From Azolla caroliniana (Eukaryota; Plantae; Polypodiophyta): a stretch of 64,000 nt of DNA. This document shows, piece after piece, positions 1-12,338 of this stretch. Both the position numbers and the translations under genes were made by a program. Numbering within the stretch: position 1 is the first letter of the stretch; the number at the start of each line of letters is the position of its first letter. The notes under the pieces were generated by a model, which made no database searches, was not told the DNA's origin, and saw only the letters and a list, made by a program, of their open reading frames with translations. The stretch is taken from assembly GCA_043228905.1 (NCBI GenBank), contig JBHGNT010000013.1, positions 5,642,001 through 5,706,000 of the forward strand, read 5' to 3'.

Positions 1-220
1 TAGCATAAAGGGTAGTTGCCCTAAGTCGGTCACTATATATAGTGACCTTGTAACCTCTTTGTAAGGTTGGTTGTTGTATTGTTGCTTTATGAAATAAGAA
101 ATTCTTTTGTGTCTCTCTCTCTCTCTCTCTCTGTGCAACGACCTACATTCTGTCATACACAGGGAATAAACAGGAATCGAGTGCTTCAAGACTTCCGCAC
201 AGACGACATTGCTTCCAACA
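1..220 (+). repeat. Copia-1 5' LTR (partial)
   Basis: Matches 5032-5251 with no difference seen by eye; ends CCAACA. Confidence 0.95.
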
Positions 221-222
221 TC

Positions 223-234
223 TGGTATCAGAGC
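223..234 (+). promoter_or_regulatory. Primer binding site, tRNA-iMet
   Basis: TGGTATCAGAGC 2 nt after LTR end. Confidence 0.95.
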
Positions 235-793
235 CTGCACAGTAGTCGGTTCTTCAATCCGCTGTCGGCCGTCGTCTCTGCATTCGGTTCCCTGCGTCAT
301 TCGAAGAAGAGAGAAGAAGAAGAAAAACCAGGTTTGCATCTCATCGCGTTAGATCATCTTTGTTTGGAGTAAGCCAGCAGGTTGTACTCCGCTCCCCGTG
401 ATCGTAACCGCTCGAGGTGAAATCCCCTTGTGCAACCCTGACAACAACCCAAATTCATGCTTCATCTGGCTGATCGACATTCGGGAGGATCAGTCGGATC
501 CGTCTCTCTCGTCGCTGCAGTCAACCGAAGCAAAATCGGTTCAGATAATCGGTTTTAATAATCGGTATTCGGCATATATATCCGAAACGAACCGGGCTCA
601 CTCCGACTCGGCAACATTCGGGAAGACCAGTCGGTTCTGTCCCTCAAGTTACCGGAGTCAATTCGAGCAAGTTCCGAAGCCGAACCGACTCGGGTTCAAA
701 TCCGACTAGAACGATATCGGGTGAGCCAACCGGCTGCACTCCAACAAGGTTCGTAGTCAACTCCGAACCGAGCTTCGTCAACTGAAACCGAAT

Positions 794-3700
794 TTGATGG
801 CATCAACATCCGGCTCGTCAGAAATGAGTCTACGAAAGTTCGATGGATCGAACTTCAACTTCTGGAAGGAACAAATGCAGGACTATCTCATAGTCAAGGG
901 GCAAATCGACCCCATCGAAAATGAAGAACCTCCAGAAGGATACAAACCAATTGAGTGGCAGAAGCTGGACAGAATCGTCCGCGCCACGATTCGGATGCAC
1001 CTATCGGAATCGGTATACTTCACGGTGCAATCGTGTACGACAGCATTCGAACTGTGGAAAACACTGTCGGACACTTACGAAAAGAAGGTCGCCGCAACGA
1101 AGATGTTTCTGATCCGGCGCCTCTACAACTTGCGGATGAAAGAATCCGACTCGGTCCAAGCACACCTCAATGAGTACGAAAGCATAAGCTCCCAAATCTC
1201 GTCACAGGGGACGGCAATCGAGGATGAACTCAGAGCAATGATACTCATGAGCAGCCTTCCCCCATCATGGGAAACTTTCGTCACAACCGTGTGCAACGCG
1301 TCAACCACGGCTGTTAAATACTCCGAAGTCACGAGCGCAATCCTGACCGAAGCAGCTCGGAGAAAGTCTTTCGCCAAAGACTCAACAGACGACGCCTACG
1401 TAGTACAAGGTTCGACAGACCGTTCGAACATACGAGGAAGAGATCCCTCACGACCGCCGAACAATCAGCGAAGACGGAGCCAGTCACGGGATAACCGAAT
1501 CTGCAACTATTGCAAGAAACCCGGACACATCAAAGCCGACTGCCGCACACTCAAGAACAAGAACAACAAGAAGAGTGGCCGGCATGAGGAGATCAATTAC
1601 GTCAGCTTCTCAGCTGATGTACTACCGGACGACCCGAATATACTATCAATAGAAAATCCAGTCGGATCAGAAGTTCTACTCACGACTGAAGAATCGAGCA
1701 CATGGCTCTTGGATTCGGGCGCGTCATTTCACGTGACTCCTCATCGATCCCAATTTCGGCAATATACGATCCGTCACTCCGACTCAGTTCGAGTCGGCAA
1801 CTCACAACACTGTGACATCGTCGGAATCGGCACAGTAGAGCTCAACCTTGCAGGGGGCTCTACACTTGTACTCCACAATGTCCGACATGTACCCGAGCTC
1901 ACAAGGCCATTGATCTCAGTCGGACAACTAGATGAAGACGGCATTCGTGCCGGTTTTTCTTCGGGAGGGTGGACACTCCACAGGGGGAACCTCCTGCTTG
2001 CTAGAGGACCCAAGATACACTCACTGTATCCGTTACATGTTACGCTCAGAGAGGGTAACCTGTTTTTGGTGGATATTCCTGTGTCATCATTATGGCACCG
2101 AAGATTAGGACACCTCAGCAAGGCCGGCATCACGCACCTATCTAGCGCCGGATACATCCCCAAACTCTCCTTCTCGGACCATCAATTTTGCGAGCATTGC
2201 CAGTATGGCAAACAAGTAGCCGCATCACACCCGACATCAGCACCAAAAGAGACGAGACCTCTCGATTTAGTCCATTCGGACGTCTGTGGCCCAATGCCGA
2301 ATCAGTCTCTAGGCGGTGCCTCTTACTTCGTCAGTTTTATTGACGATTCGACTCGAAAGGTGTGGGCTTATCCAATTCGCACCAAAGATCGTGTCTTCTC
2401 GATCTTCACCGATTGGCTCGCTATGGTAGAAAATCAAACCGACCGAAAGCTGAAATGCCTTCGGACCGATAATGGGGGAGAGTTCAAATCCGACGAATTC
2501 GTCAAATTCTGCCGACAACGCGGCATCCGACGTGAATTTACGGCACCACACAGTCCGGAGCAAAACGGGATTGCAGAACAAATGAATCGGACAATCCAAG
2601 AACGGATAGTTTCCATGCTCCAACACTCCCGACTGTCGGATGGCTTCTGGGCAGAGGCTCTACTCACGGCAGCACACATAATCAATATGTCGCCAAGTAG
2701 ACCTCTAGGACTTCAAATTCCTCAGGAATTATGGATCGGCAGCAAGCCGAATTACGACAAGCTGAGGATCTTCGGATGCGAGGCATACGCCCTTATTCCG
2801 AAAGATGATCGCCGAAAACTTGCACCTCGGTCCAGGAAATGCATTTTCCTTGGATATGGATCAGACGGCGAAATGGGATACCGACTCTGGGACCCCGAAC
2901 GCAGACAAATCGTTCGAAGTTCGGACGTTGTGTTCAACGAGTCGGCTATGAATCCATCGGTCGACAAACCGATCGAAGTCCGAAGGGTAACATTCTCCGA
3001 TGTGCCGACCCTTCAAGAAGGCCCCGCTCTCAACACACGGTCAGCTTCACGGGTAGCTGAACCTTATACTACCGACTCGGACAACTCTGACTCGGCACAG
3101 CCGAATGTTTCGGTTTCGAACCATCCGACCTCGATACCCGATGCGACCAGTCCAATCATACCTCGACGATCCGAGAGACTGTCGCAACCTCCGGAGAGGT
3201 ATTCTCCTGGAATTTTCTTCACCGACGCCGGCGAACCGACGTCTTACGAAGAAGCATCGACATCTGTCGATTCAGCCACCTGGCATCTGGCGATGGAGTC
3301 GGAAATGCACTCCATCCGGGCAAACAAGACTTGGGATCTGGTCGAATTACCTAGGAACCGACGTGCTCTTCCTTGCAAGTGGGTTTATCGACTAAAAGAG
3401 ACGTCGACTTCGAAGGGCTTCCGACAAGAATATGGCGTCGACTTCGACGAGATTTTTTCACCAGTGGTGAAAATGACAACCCTTCGTCTTCTGCTCGGCG
3501 TCGTGGCAGCCGACAACTTGGAGCTGATTCAGCTAGATGTCAAAACAGCCTTCCTCCATGGTGATCTCGAGGAGGAAATTTATATGGAGCAGCCAAAAGG
3601 CTTCGTGGCAACTGGCCAAGAACATCTAGTCTGCCGACTCAGGAAGAGTCTATACGGCCTCAAACAGGCACCGCGACAATGGTACAAGAAGTTCGACGAC

Positions 3701-4777
3701 TTCATCCAATCGATCGGCTTCTCCAAAAGCGATGAGGACCATTGTCTCTTCACCAACACAGCTCAAGATGGATCACCCATCTTCCTCATCATTTACGTGG
3801 ACGACATGCTAATTTCTGGACGCCACGCGGGCGAACTTGCCGATCTCGTTCGGCAACTGCGGTTGAAGTTTGCCATGAAGGACCTCGGTCCGGCACGACA
3901 CATCCTTGGCATGAAGATTAGTCGGCATCGCGATAAACGACATCTTTTTTTGTCTCAGACCGACTACATCGGACGTGTCTTGGAACGCTTCAACATGCAA
4001 TCAGCCAAATCTGCTTCAACCCCGCTCCCCATGAATCTTCGGCTCTCTCAGCGAGACTGCCCGACATCCGGTCCGGAGGGGGAAGATATGAAGTCGGTAC
4101 CGTATGCACCGGCAGTCGGCTCCCTTATGTACCTGATGGTCGCGACACGGCCTGATATCTCTCATGCCGTAGGAGTCGTTAGCAGATTTATGCACAATCC
4201 TGGCCGATCGCATTGGAACGCAGTCAAGCATGTGTTCAGATATCTGGCTGGCACAAAAGATCACGGCATTCTTTTCGGACCGAACCGAACCTCAGGCGTA
4301 GTCGGTTACACCGACTCGGACTTCGCCGGCTGTATAGACAGTCGGAAATCAACAACCGGATACTGCTTCAAATTCGGCAATGGAGCAATCTCGTGGAAGT
4401 CGAAACTTCAGGAGTGCACAGCGACCTCAACGACCGAAGCAGAATATGTAGCTGCGTCCGACGCAGCAAAAGAAGCTTTGTGGCTCGGTCGGCTGGCGCA
4501 CACGTTTCGACAAATCGAACATGACTCGGCTCCAGTTGTCTACAGCGACAGTCAAGGTGCTGTTGCCTTGTCGAAAAATCCGGTTCACCACAACGCCTCC
4601 AAACATATCGACGTTCGATATCACTTCGTTCGGGACTGCGTCATTTCAGGGAAAATCGGTCTAGAGAAAATATCCACAACCGATAATGTCGCAGATGGAA
4701 TGACCAAATGTCTCTCGGCAGACCGTTTTCGGTCTCTTCGGCATCAGATGGGCGTAACGACAAACCAGTCCGGTTAG
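794..4777 (+). CDS. Copia gag-pol polyprotein (ATG at 797); short in-frame deletion in RT
   Basis: CNYCKKPGHIKADC knuckle, WLLDSGAS protease, HHCC plus DDE integrase (VHSDVCGP, RTDNGGE), YVDD RT, RNase H (DSDFAG, TEAEY, KHIDVRYHF). Confidence 0.96.
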   Translation: MMASTSGSSEMSLRKFDGSNFNFWKEQMQDYLIVKGQIDPIENEEPPEGYKPIEWQKLDRIVRATIRMHLSESVYFTVQSCTTAFELWKTLSDTYEKKVAATKMFLIRRLYNLRMKESDSVQAHLNEYESISSQISSQGTAIEDELRAMILMSSLPPSWETFVTTVCNASTTAVKYSEVTSAILTEAARRKSFAKDSTDDAYVVQGSTDRSNIRGRDPSRPPNNQRRRSQSRDNRICNYCKKPGHIKADCRTLKNKNNKKSGRHEEINYVSFSADVLPDDPNILSIENPVGSEVLLTTEESSTWLLDSGASFHVTPHRSQFRQYTIRHSDSVRVGNSQHCDIVGIGTVELNLAGGSTLVLHNVRHVPELTRPLISVGQLDEDGIRAGFSSGGWTLHRGNLLLARGPKIHSLYPLHVTLREGNLFLVDIPVSSLWHRRLGHLSKAGITHLSSAGYIPKLSFSDHQFCEHCQYGKQVAASHPTSAPKETRPLDLVHSDVCGPMPNQSLGGASYFVSFIDDSTRKVWAYPIRTKDRVFSIFTDWLAMVENQTDRKLKCLRTDNGGEFKSDEFVKFCRQRGIRREFTAPHSPEQNGIAEQMNRTIQERIVSMLQHSRLSDGFWAEALLTAAHIINMSPSRPLGLQIPQELWIGSKPNYDKLRIFGCEAYALIPKDDRRKLAPRSRKCIFLGYGSDGEMGYRLWDPERRQIVRSSDVVFNESAMNPSVDKPIEVRRVTFSDVPTLQEGPALNTRSASRVAEPYTTDSDNSDSAQPNVSVSNHPTSIPDATSPIIPRRSERLSQPPERYSPGIFFTDAGEPTSYEEASTSVDSATWHLAMESEMHSIRANKTWDLVELPRNRRALPCKWVYRLKETSTSKGFRQEYGVDFDEIFSPVVKMTTLRLLLGVVAADNLELIQLDVKTAFLHGDLEEEIYMEQPKGFVATGQEHLVCRLRKSLYGLKQAPRQWYKKFDDFIQSIGFSKSDEDHCLFTNTAQDGSPIFLIIYVDDMLISGRHAGELADLVRQLRLKFAMKDLGPARHILGMKISRHRDKRHLFLSQTDYIGRVLERFNMQSAKSASTPLPMNLRLSQRDCPTSGPEGEDMKSVPYAPAVGSLMYLMVATRPDISHAVGVVSRFMHNPGRSHWNAVKHVFRYLAGTKDHGILFGPNRTSGVVGYTDSDFAGCIDSRKSTTGYCFKFGNGAISWKSKLQECTATSTTEAEYVAASDAAKEALWLGRLAHTFRQIEHDSAPVVYSDSQGAVALSKNPVHHNASKHIDVRYHFVRDCVISGKIGLEKISTTDNVADGMTKCLSADRFRSLRHQMGVTTNQSG

Positions 4778-4970
4778 AGCCGGACACAGAGCAGGATGGT
4801 TCCCGACAACCGACATCAGCTCCTTAATGATCGGCTTCAACTGTTCCGACCCGACCAGTTCGGTCTTCTGTCTTCGGATCCTGCCGACTCGAACAAAGCT
4901 GATATGTCCGAGAACCTAAGTCTATACCTGTAACCTTAGATAACCCATGTATACGCCCATTACGGGGGAG

Positions 4971-5251
4971 TGTCGAATACATGTGTATAATGGACGTATT
5001 CACACCATCCCGTTTTGGCCATTTATGTAATTAGCATAAAGGGTAGTTGCCCTAAGTCGGTCACTATATATAGTGACCTTGTAACCTCTTTGTAAGGTTG
5101 GTTGTTGTATTGTTGCTTTATGAAATAAGAAATTCTTTTGTGTCTCTCTCTCTCTCTCTCTCTGTGCAACGACCTACATTCTGTCATACACAGGGAATAA
5201 ACAGGAATCGAGTGCTTCAAGACTTCCGCACAGACGACATTGCTTCCAACA
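4971..5251 (+). repeat. Copia-1 3' LTR (281 bp)
   Basis: TG...CA, preceded by PPT GGGGGAG 4964-4970. Confidence 0.95.
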
Positions 5252-8200
5252 ATTACCGATTCCAAGCAAGCCGTGGTAATCCATTTCTCTAGATTTCATC
5301 ACAGATCTTCCAGTTTTAAAGGGATTCGTTGCAATCTTAACAGTAGTAGATCAATATACAAAGACGACCCATTTTCTGCCTTATACTAAGGAAATCACTA
5401 TTGAAGAAACCACCGAAACCGTCATGCGTGAGGTATGTTGGCATCACACCCTTCCCGATAGTATCATTAGCAACCATGGACCCCAATTCCTCTTAAAGTT
5501 CTAGAAGCACCACTTCAAAATGCACAAGGTCACTTGTAACCTCTCCTTCACTACCACCTACGAATAGATGGACAAGCAGAATGAACAAATCTGTTGAGAG
5601 ACAAGCTCAACATCGGCCGGATCGGCTGAAGAAGCCGAGGACCAGATCGGTTGGGACCGATCGGTTAAGCCGAATGCGTAAACCGGTACGCAGACCGGTG
5701 CGTAGGTAGGGCCGGATTGGTGCGTAAACCGGGAGGCCCTTAGGGAAGATATTCCGTGAGGAATATATTTGGGAGTTAGTGTAGGAGCTCTTAATTAGCA
5801 TTGAAGTACTGTCAGTACTTCTGTCAGTCTTTCTAGGACTTGTATAAAAGTGTTCATTGAACACACATATGTATAGAGTGGTGAATAGAGATTGAGTATT
5901 TTTTGTTGAATATAGTTCTTGTGTTTTCTCTCTCTCACTCTCTCTGTCTCTCCCGCGTATACTGTGTAAGCTCAAGGCTCTCCATTAAACCTGAGTTTTC
6001 TTCCTTCTGTTCGGTCTTCATACTTGCTTCCGCACGCTACTTTTTACATGGTATCAGATCGCGAGGGTTGAGAACCTCTCTGCAGCCAACACAGCTTGAT
6101 GAAGAAGAATAAGAAGAACGATGGATAGAGGAATGGTGACCTCGCTACCAACAGAGAAGCTCGACAGAACCAACTACGCGTCTTGGTCCTCTGTGGAAGG
6201 AGCTAATGATGTGGCACCCGAATCGACACACAGAGACTTCCCGTCGTGGGAGCAATCGGCGAGCAAGGTATTATACTGCTTCGAGTCGTGTGTGGGCGAA
6301 CAGCTATTGAGCTATGTTCGGGATGCAAAGACGCCGAAGGGTGCGTGGGAAAATCTGAAGAAGATTTTCGCCGTGAGCACCACAGCCAGGAAGCTTCAGC
6401 TCCGACAGGAGTTGAGCAACCTACGACAACGCGACTTGTCGGTGGCGGACTATACCTCGAAGATCAAGGATATTTGCAACTCCCTCGCCTCCATAGAGGT
6501 GAACATCGAGGAGAGCGAGATGGTCCAGATCTGTCTCGGAGGCTTGGCGTCAAAGTTCGGAGTGTTCCGAACGGCTATGTGTACCCAGGAGAATACGCCA
6601 TCCTTTTTCGACTTACAGTCAAAGCTCCTGGTAGAGGAGAACACGCGGGTGCGTCTACAAGCACGCACACCGACAACAGAATGCTGTACACGGAGGGAGA
6701 TAGGCCCCGTGGACGTGGAGGACGAGGCGAGTCGGCACGCAATGGAGGCAGCCGACGAGATCCAGGAAGAAGGCACCGAAGTGATGCCGACAGCAACTCC
6801 GGACCCTCCGGAAACAGGGGGAGTCGAAGCGATTAGAACCGGCAAGGGAAGGCCATCGCGGAATGCTGGTACTATGGCAAGAAAGGCCACAGGGAAAGTG
6901 AGTGCTGGAAGAAGCGCGCCGATTCGGAGAGAACCGGTTCCGGAAACGGCTCCGGACATACCGACAAGGGAAATCGGTAGCGATCGCACTATGCCGAAGA
7001 CTTCGGGAGAGCCGGAGAAGGGTCTGCCTTCGTGACGAGACACGAAGCAAACTCAATGAAACAGACCACCCCGAGATCGGATGAGGTATGGTACGTAGAC
7101 TCCGGCGCGTGAAACCAAATGACGAGCCATAAGGAGTGGTTCTCGTACCTTGAAAAACCGATACAACCTGGAGTAGTCGCAACTGGAGACGACACTCCGC
7201 ATCCGATCGCAAATGTCGGAGAAGTTCCCCTTAGCCATGTCGGGCAGAAAGGGAAACTCATGGACGTGTTGGACATTCCAACAATCACGAAGAACTTGGT
7301 CTCGGTCGGACAGATCGTCGACCAAGGGATGGAGGTCCGGTTTACACATCTCGGGTGCTTCATTCAGGAAGAAGGCCGTGTGATTGCGCCCTTCGAGAGG
7401 ATGTTCATCCTCGACTCCACTGACGGCGGCACCGCAATGTTCGCGAAGGGACAAAAATCTGAGTTGGACATCGACTTGTGGCACAAGCAGATAGGCCACA
7501 TCAACTACCAGCGGCTTCAAGATCTGCAATCGAAACAAGTAGTGTTCGGATTGCCCAAAGTGTCGACGCACGACCTATATTTCGGAACGAAGCCGAACTT
7601 GCGACACTTGAGGGTGTTCGGTAGCATTGCGTATGTGCATGTACCGAAGGAGAAAAGGAGGAAGGTGGACACAGAGGCCGAGAAATGCATCTTGGTGGGT
7701 TACTCGGACGAGCAGAAGGGTTATAAGTGCTATAACCCTCGCACCAAACAAGCGTGTGTTAGCCGCGACGTTGTGTTTGACGAGTCTGCGTCCTGGTATC
7801 AGCCCCCGACTCCAATCCGAGCTCTGACGATGAGGTCAGCGAGGCCGAGATGCCTCCGCATGAGCCCGAAATCGAGACCCGCGAAGAGAGTCCGATTTCA
7901 CTCCGTTTAAGTGGACCGATTGGACGACTGAGTCTGTGCGACCAGTCCGATGAAGAGTCGGCGAGTAGTGGAGACTCGATCGTGCATTCCCCGCGCAGGA
8001 AGCCGAGGAGACGGCTTACGCGCAAAGAGAAAGGGAAGAAAAAGGTGTCGAATTCCGGCACGGATAGGAACGAGTCAGACCGACGCGAGTCCAACTCCGA
8101 GGGAACCGGTGATGGGTCTTTAAAGGTGAAGTCCGCGTCGACCAAGAAGGCCTCGACATTGGCTAATGTGAGATTACGCCGATCTACCCGCCAGAAGAAT

Positions 8201-9591
8201 CCTGTTTTGCGGTTCGGATACAACGAGTACATGGCGCATCATTATGCATACATGACCCGTGTAGCGGAAGTGCATGAGCCGAAGAGCTACGCAGAAGTGG
8301 CTAAAGACGCGAATTGGCGTGCCGCGATGGAGGAAGAGATGCACGCATTGGCAGAGAACGAGACCTGGGACCTGGTTGACGCACCAAGAGGGGTAAAACC
8401 AATCAGGTGTAGGTGGGTGTACAAGGTCAAGTACAACACTGATGGCTCGGTCAACCGATACAAGGCTCGACTAGTGGCAAAGGGCTACGCGCAGAAACAC
8501 GGCATCGACTACGATGAGACATTTGCGCCGGTCGCGAAAATGACGACCGTCCGTGTTTTGCTCACCGTAGCCGCACATCAGATGGATGTAAAGAATGCGT
8601 TCCTACAAGGTGACCTTGAGGAACAGCTGTACATGGTACAACCCCCCAGATTTCACTCCGGAACAAACTCCTCGGTAGTATGCCGACTGAAGAAGTCCCT
8701 TTACGAACTGAAGCAAGCCCCGCGTGCCTGGAACGCGAAGATCACGCAGCAACTGTGTCGGATGGGCTTCGTCACGTCAAAATCGGACTCTTCCCTGTTC
8801 ATCCGGAAAGGTCGACTCGAACCGGTCAGTATTTTGCTATATGTTGATGACTTGGTCATCACCGGCGTCGACCTAGGTGAAATCGACCACGTCAAGCTCC
8901 AGCTTGCGGTATCGTTCGACATGAAGGATCTGGGGGACCTTCATTACTTCCTTGGGATCGAAGTGATCCGTACCCCCGAAGGCATATTGATCAGCCAACG
9001 TCATTACGTGCTGAGTATGCTCTTCAAATTCGGGATGGCCGACTGTAAGTCCGTCTCGACTCCTCTAGACAGAACCGTCAAGCTTCGTCCCGATACGGGA
9101 AAGGTATGCGACCCGACCAGGTTCCGACAAATTATCGGAAGCCTCATATACTTGACCATCACCCGACCCGACCTCAGTTATCCGGTCGGAGTGATCAGTC
9201 AATTCATGGCGCGACCTACCAAGGAGCACCTTCAGTGTGCGCAACGCATACTTCGGTATGTCAACGGCACTAAGGACCAGGGACTGCTATATCGAAACGG
9301 TGCAGCCGCGCAGTTAGTCGGCTACACCGATGCTGATTGGGCTGGCAACGCCGCCGATCGCCGATCCACGTCCGGATACTCGTTCTCCCTCGGGAGTGCC
9401 ACGATCGCGTGGAGCAGTAAGAAGGGGCCGACAGTTGCACTATCGAGCACCGAAGCTGAGTACCGAGGAGCGGCTGTCGCGACATGCGAAGCCATATGGT
9501 TGAAGCGGCTCCTTAAGGACCTGCAAGAGGAGGTGTCAAATCCGACGATGATCTACTGCGACAACCTCAGCAACATCCAGCTCGCGAAAAA

Positions 9592-10369
9592 TGACGGGAA
9601 CCCAACGTTCCTTATGCGCGACGCTCGGCCACAACCGAGCTTAGAATGATACACAGAATACGGGAAATAAAGCACGACAAGAAGAAGGAAAGAATACACA
9701 GGAGGTTTACGTGGAAAACCCCAAACTAGGGGAAAAACCACGGCAGCCCACGGGATGCAAACTATCACTATGTGGGAATATACAACAGTGAGTTCACTGA
9801 GGCACCAACCTCGTGCTCACAAATCTTCGCCACAGGCGGCGGTTACAACAGAGGTAACGACCTCTTTCTCTTTCTCTCTCTCTCTGTACAATTACGCATG
9901 CTAATCTCATGGAAAACAGAAAATGACAACAACACCCTAAAAAGGTTTGCCCTAAGTCATATTTATACTAATATGACTTTTTGGCTATTTACAAATATAG
10001 CCTCGATGGACTATCAAAAAACATATTTACGAATATGTCTCTTCATCCGGTTCTCGATAGCCGGGTACTCCTCATCCGGTCTTCACCGGGTCTGCATCAT
10101 CCGGCACTCGGTAGCCGGGTACTCCTCATCCGGTCTTCACCGGGTCTGCATCATCCGACTCTCCGTGGCCGGGTACTCCTCATCCGGTTCATACCGGGTC
10201 TATACCATCCAGCTCTCCGTAGCCGGGTACTCCTCATCCAGTCTTCACCGGGTCTGCATCATCCGGCTCTCCGTGGCCGGGTCCACCTCATACGGTTTCG
10301 GCCTCGGCCGAGTTTGTTCATCGGCACTGATCTTCTCCCTTCCCATCCGGAGGGACTTGTTTCCCAACA
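9592..10369 (-). mobile_element. Solo LTR (778 bp), related to LTRs of Copia-H
   Basis: TG...CA ends, TSD AAAAA, interrupts the LAKNPVFH motif, shares blocks with 41062-41638. Confidence 0.9.
10061..10290. repeat. 54-bp tandem repeat (~4 copies) in solo LTR U3
   Basis: Unit CCGGGTACTCCTCATCCGGTCTTCACCGGGTCTGCATCATCCGGCACTCGGTAG. Confidence 0.9.
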
Positions 10370-12338
10370 AAAAACCCCGTTTTCCACGCACAGACCTAGC
10401 ACATTGAGGTGCACTACCATTTCGTCCGTGAGCGTGTCCTTTCCGGTGAAGTCAAACGTCAGTATGTGCGGAAGGATTGGCAGACTGCTGACATCTTCAC
10501 CATGCCTCTTGGTCTGGACAAGTTGCGGCAATTCTTAGGTGCGCTCGGATTGCGTCACCTCGACGTGCCAAACTTGAGGGGGAGAACAGTCCCGAACGAC
10601 CAAGCAAGGCAGCAGGAAAGGAGTGGAGACTGCAACACCGAGTCGGTTGACTCGGTTGACTCGGTTGTCGAGTTCGACTTCGGATCGGCTGAAGAAGCCG
10701 AGGGCGGACCCGCGGAAAAGTCCGGAAGCGGACAGAAGGGGAACAGCCGAAGGAGAGAGCCAAAGCCAACCACGCATGGGGAAGATGATGCCATCGAGGG
10801 CGAGAAGACCGAAGACAAGTTGGAGACAGCCAACTCGAACAAGAGCGAAAACCAATCGGAGGTAGCCGAGTCGGTTCGGATGTGTGATTCAGATACGCTG
10901 AATCAACCGAGGCCCAAGCAGAAAAAAAGGCAGCAGGAGAAGCCTCAACACCGCAATAGCAGAAGAGCTGATAAGGGCCACATGAGCAGACAAGCCGACC
11001 GGAAGGGTCAAAGCGCGTGGAGTCGAACAGGTTGAGGAGCGCGAGCGAGGCGTGAAGCCAGGAGGAACCGGAGTTGTGAGCCCAAAGAGCCTCAAGTTGA
11101 GCTTGAGGGGGAGTGTTGAGAGACAAGCTCAACATCGGCTGGATCGGCTGAAGAAGCCGAGGACCGGTTCAGTTGGGACCGATCGGTTAAGCCGAATGCG
11201 TAAACCGGTACGCAGACCGGTGCGTAGGTAGGGCCGGATCGGTGCGTAAACCGGGAGGCCCTTAGGGAAGATATTCCGTGAGGAATATATTTGGGAGTTA
11301 GTGTAGGAGCTCTTAATGAGCATTGAAGTACTGTCAGTACTTCTGTCAGTCCTTCTAGGACTTGTATAAAAGTGTTCATTGAACACACATATGTATAGAG
11401 TGGTGAATAGAGATTGAGTATTTTTTGTTGAATATAGTTCTTGTGTTTTCTCTCTCTCACTCTCTCTGTCTCTCCTGCGTATACTGTGTAAGCTCAAGCT
11501 CTCCATTAAACCTGAGTTTTCTTCCTTCTGTTCGGTCTTCATACTTGCTTCCGCACGCTACTTTTTACAAAATCAAACGTTAGAACAACATCAACAAGAT
11601 GACTGGGAGGATATTCTCCACTTTGCCGAATTTGTGTATAATAACTCTGTTCACTCATCGACTAGAGCTACAACATTTTATTCTTATGCAGGCTATCATC
11701 CTCGATGGTGTGCATTCGAAACTCCAGAGTTACCCACAAATCCTTGTGCAAAGGATCATTTTGAGCGGCTACACAAGATACATGTAGACTTATCTACTCA
11801 ATTGCAACAAGCTCAACAAGGAGAATGCAGATCGTCATCGGCTTCCATCCAATTTTAACATAGGAGATCGGGTACGGTTACTATGTCGACACATCAAGAC
11901 TAAACGCCCATGTGACAAATTGGACTATCGACGATTAGGTCATTTCCATAGTATCAGAAAAATTAATGATGTCGCTTTTAGTCTCAATCCACCTCCGCAA
12001 CTACATATACATCTAGTTTTTCATAGTTCTCTTCTTGAACCATATCAAGACAAGACTATTCTGAATCGTATTACGCCATCTCCACCCCCGATCGAGCTTG
12101 AAGCAGAGGACCAAAGTACGAAGTGGCTGCCATTCTCGATTCCAAGGTTGTTCGCAACCAACTCTACTATTTGGTCGATTGGCTAAGCTATAGTCCAAGC
12201 GATCATACTTGGGAACCAGTCGAGAATGTGGTAAATGCTTGAGCTCTTGTTGAGGACTTTCATCGGCAATATCCCAACAAGCCAGGTCATCCATCTATCA
12301 CGACTCGTGGCACTCGTTGTCTTAAGGGGGGAGGGTAA

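Larger units (their letters stand above)
1..5251 (+). mobile_element. Ty1/copia LTR retrotransposon (Copia-1, Tnt1/Tork-like), 5' LTR starts before the window
   Basis: Direct repeats 1-220 and 4971-5251, tRNA-iMet PBS, single gag-pol ORF in PR-IN-RT-RH order, PPT before 3' LTR. Confidence 0.97.
6121..11035 (+). pseudogene. Copia-2 gag-pol, frameshifted, integrase core missing, RNase H split by solo LTR
   Basis: Gag (EKLDRTNY), CWYYGKKGH knuckle, WYVDSGA protease, RT (YKARLVAKG, YVDD), RNase H; jumps from pre-integrase to integrase C-terminus near 7560. Confidence 0.92.
5592..11569 (+). mobile_element. Ty1/copia element (Copia-2), internally deleted
   Basis: LTRs 5592-6048 and 11114-11569, TSD AAATC on both sides, PBS TGGTATCAGATC at 6049, PPT GAGGGGGAG 11105-11113. 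Confidence 0.96.

Noticed and set aside
9772-10538. Repeat-containing ORFs or a CRISPR-like array
   Set aside because: Translations of a 54-bp tandem repeat in a solo LTR; there are no unique spacers.
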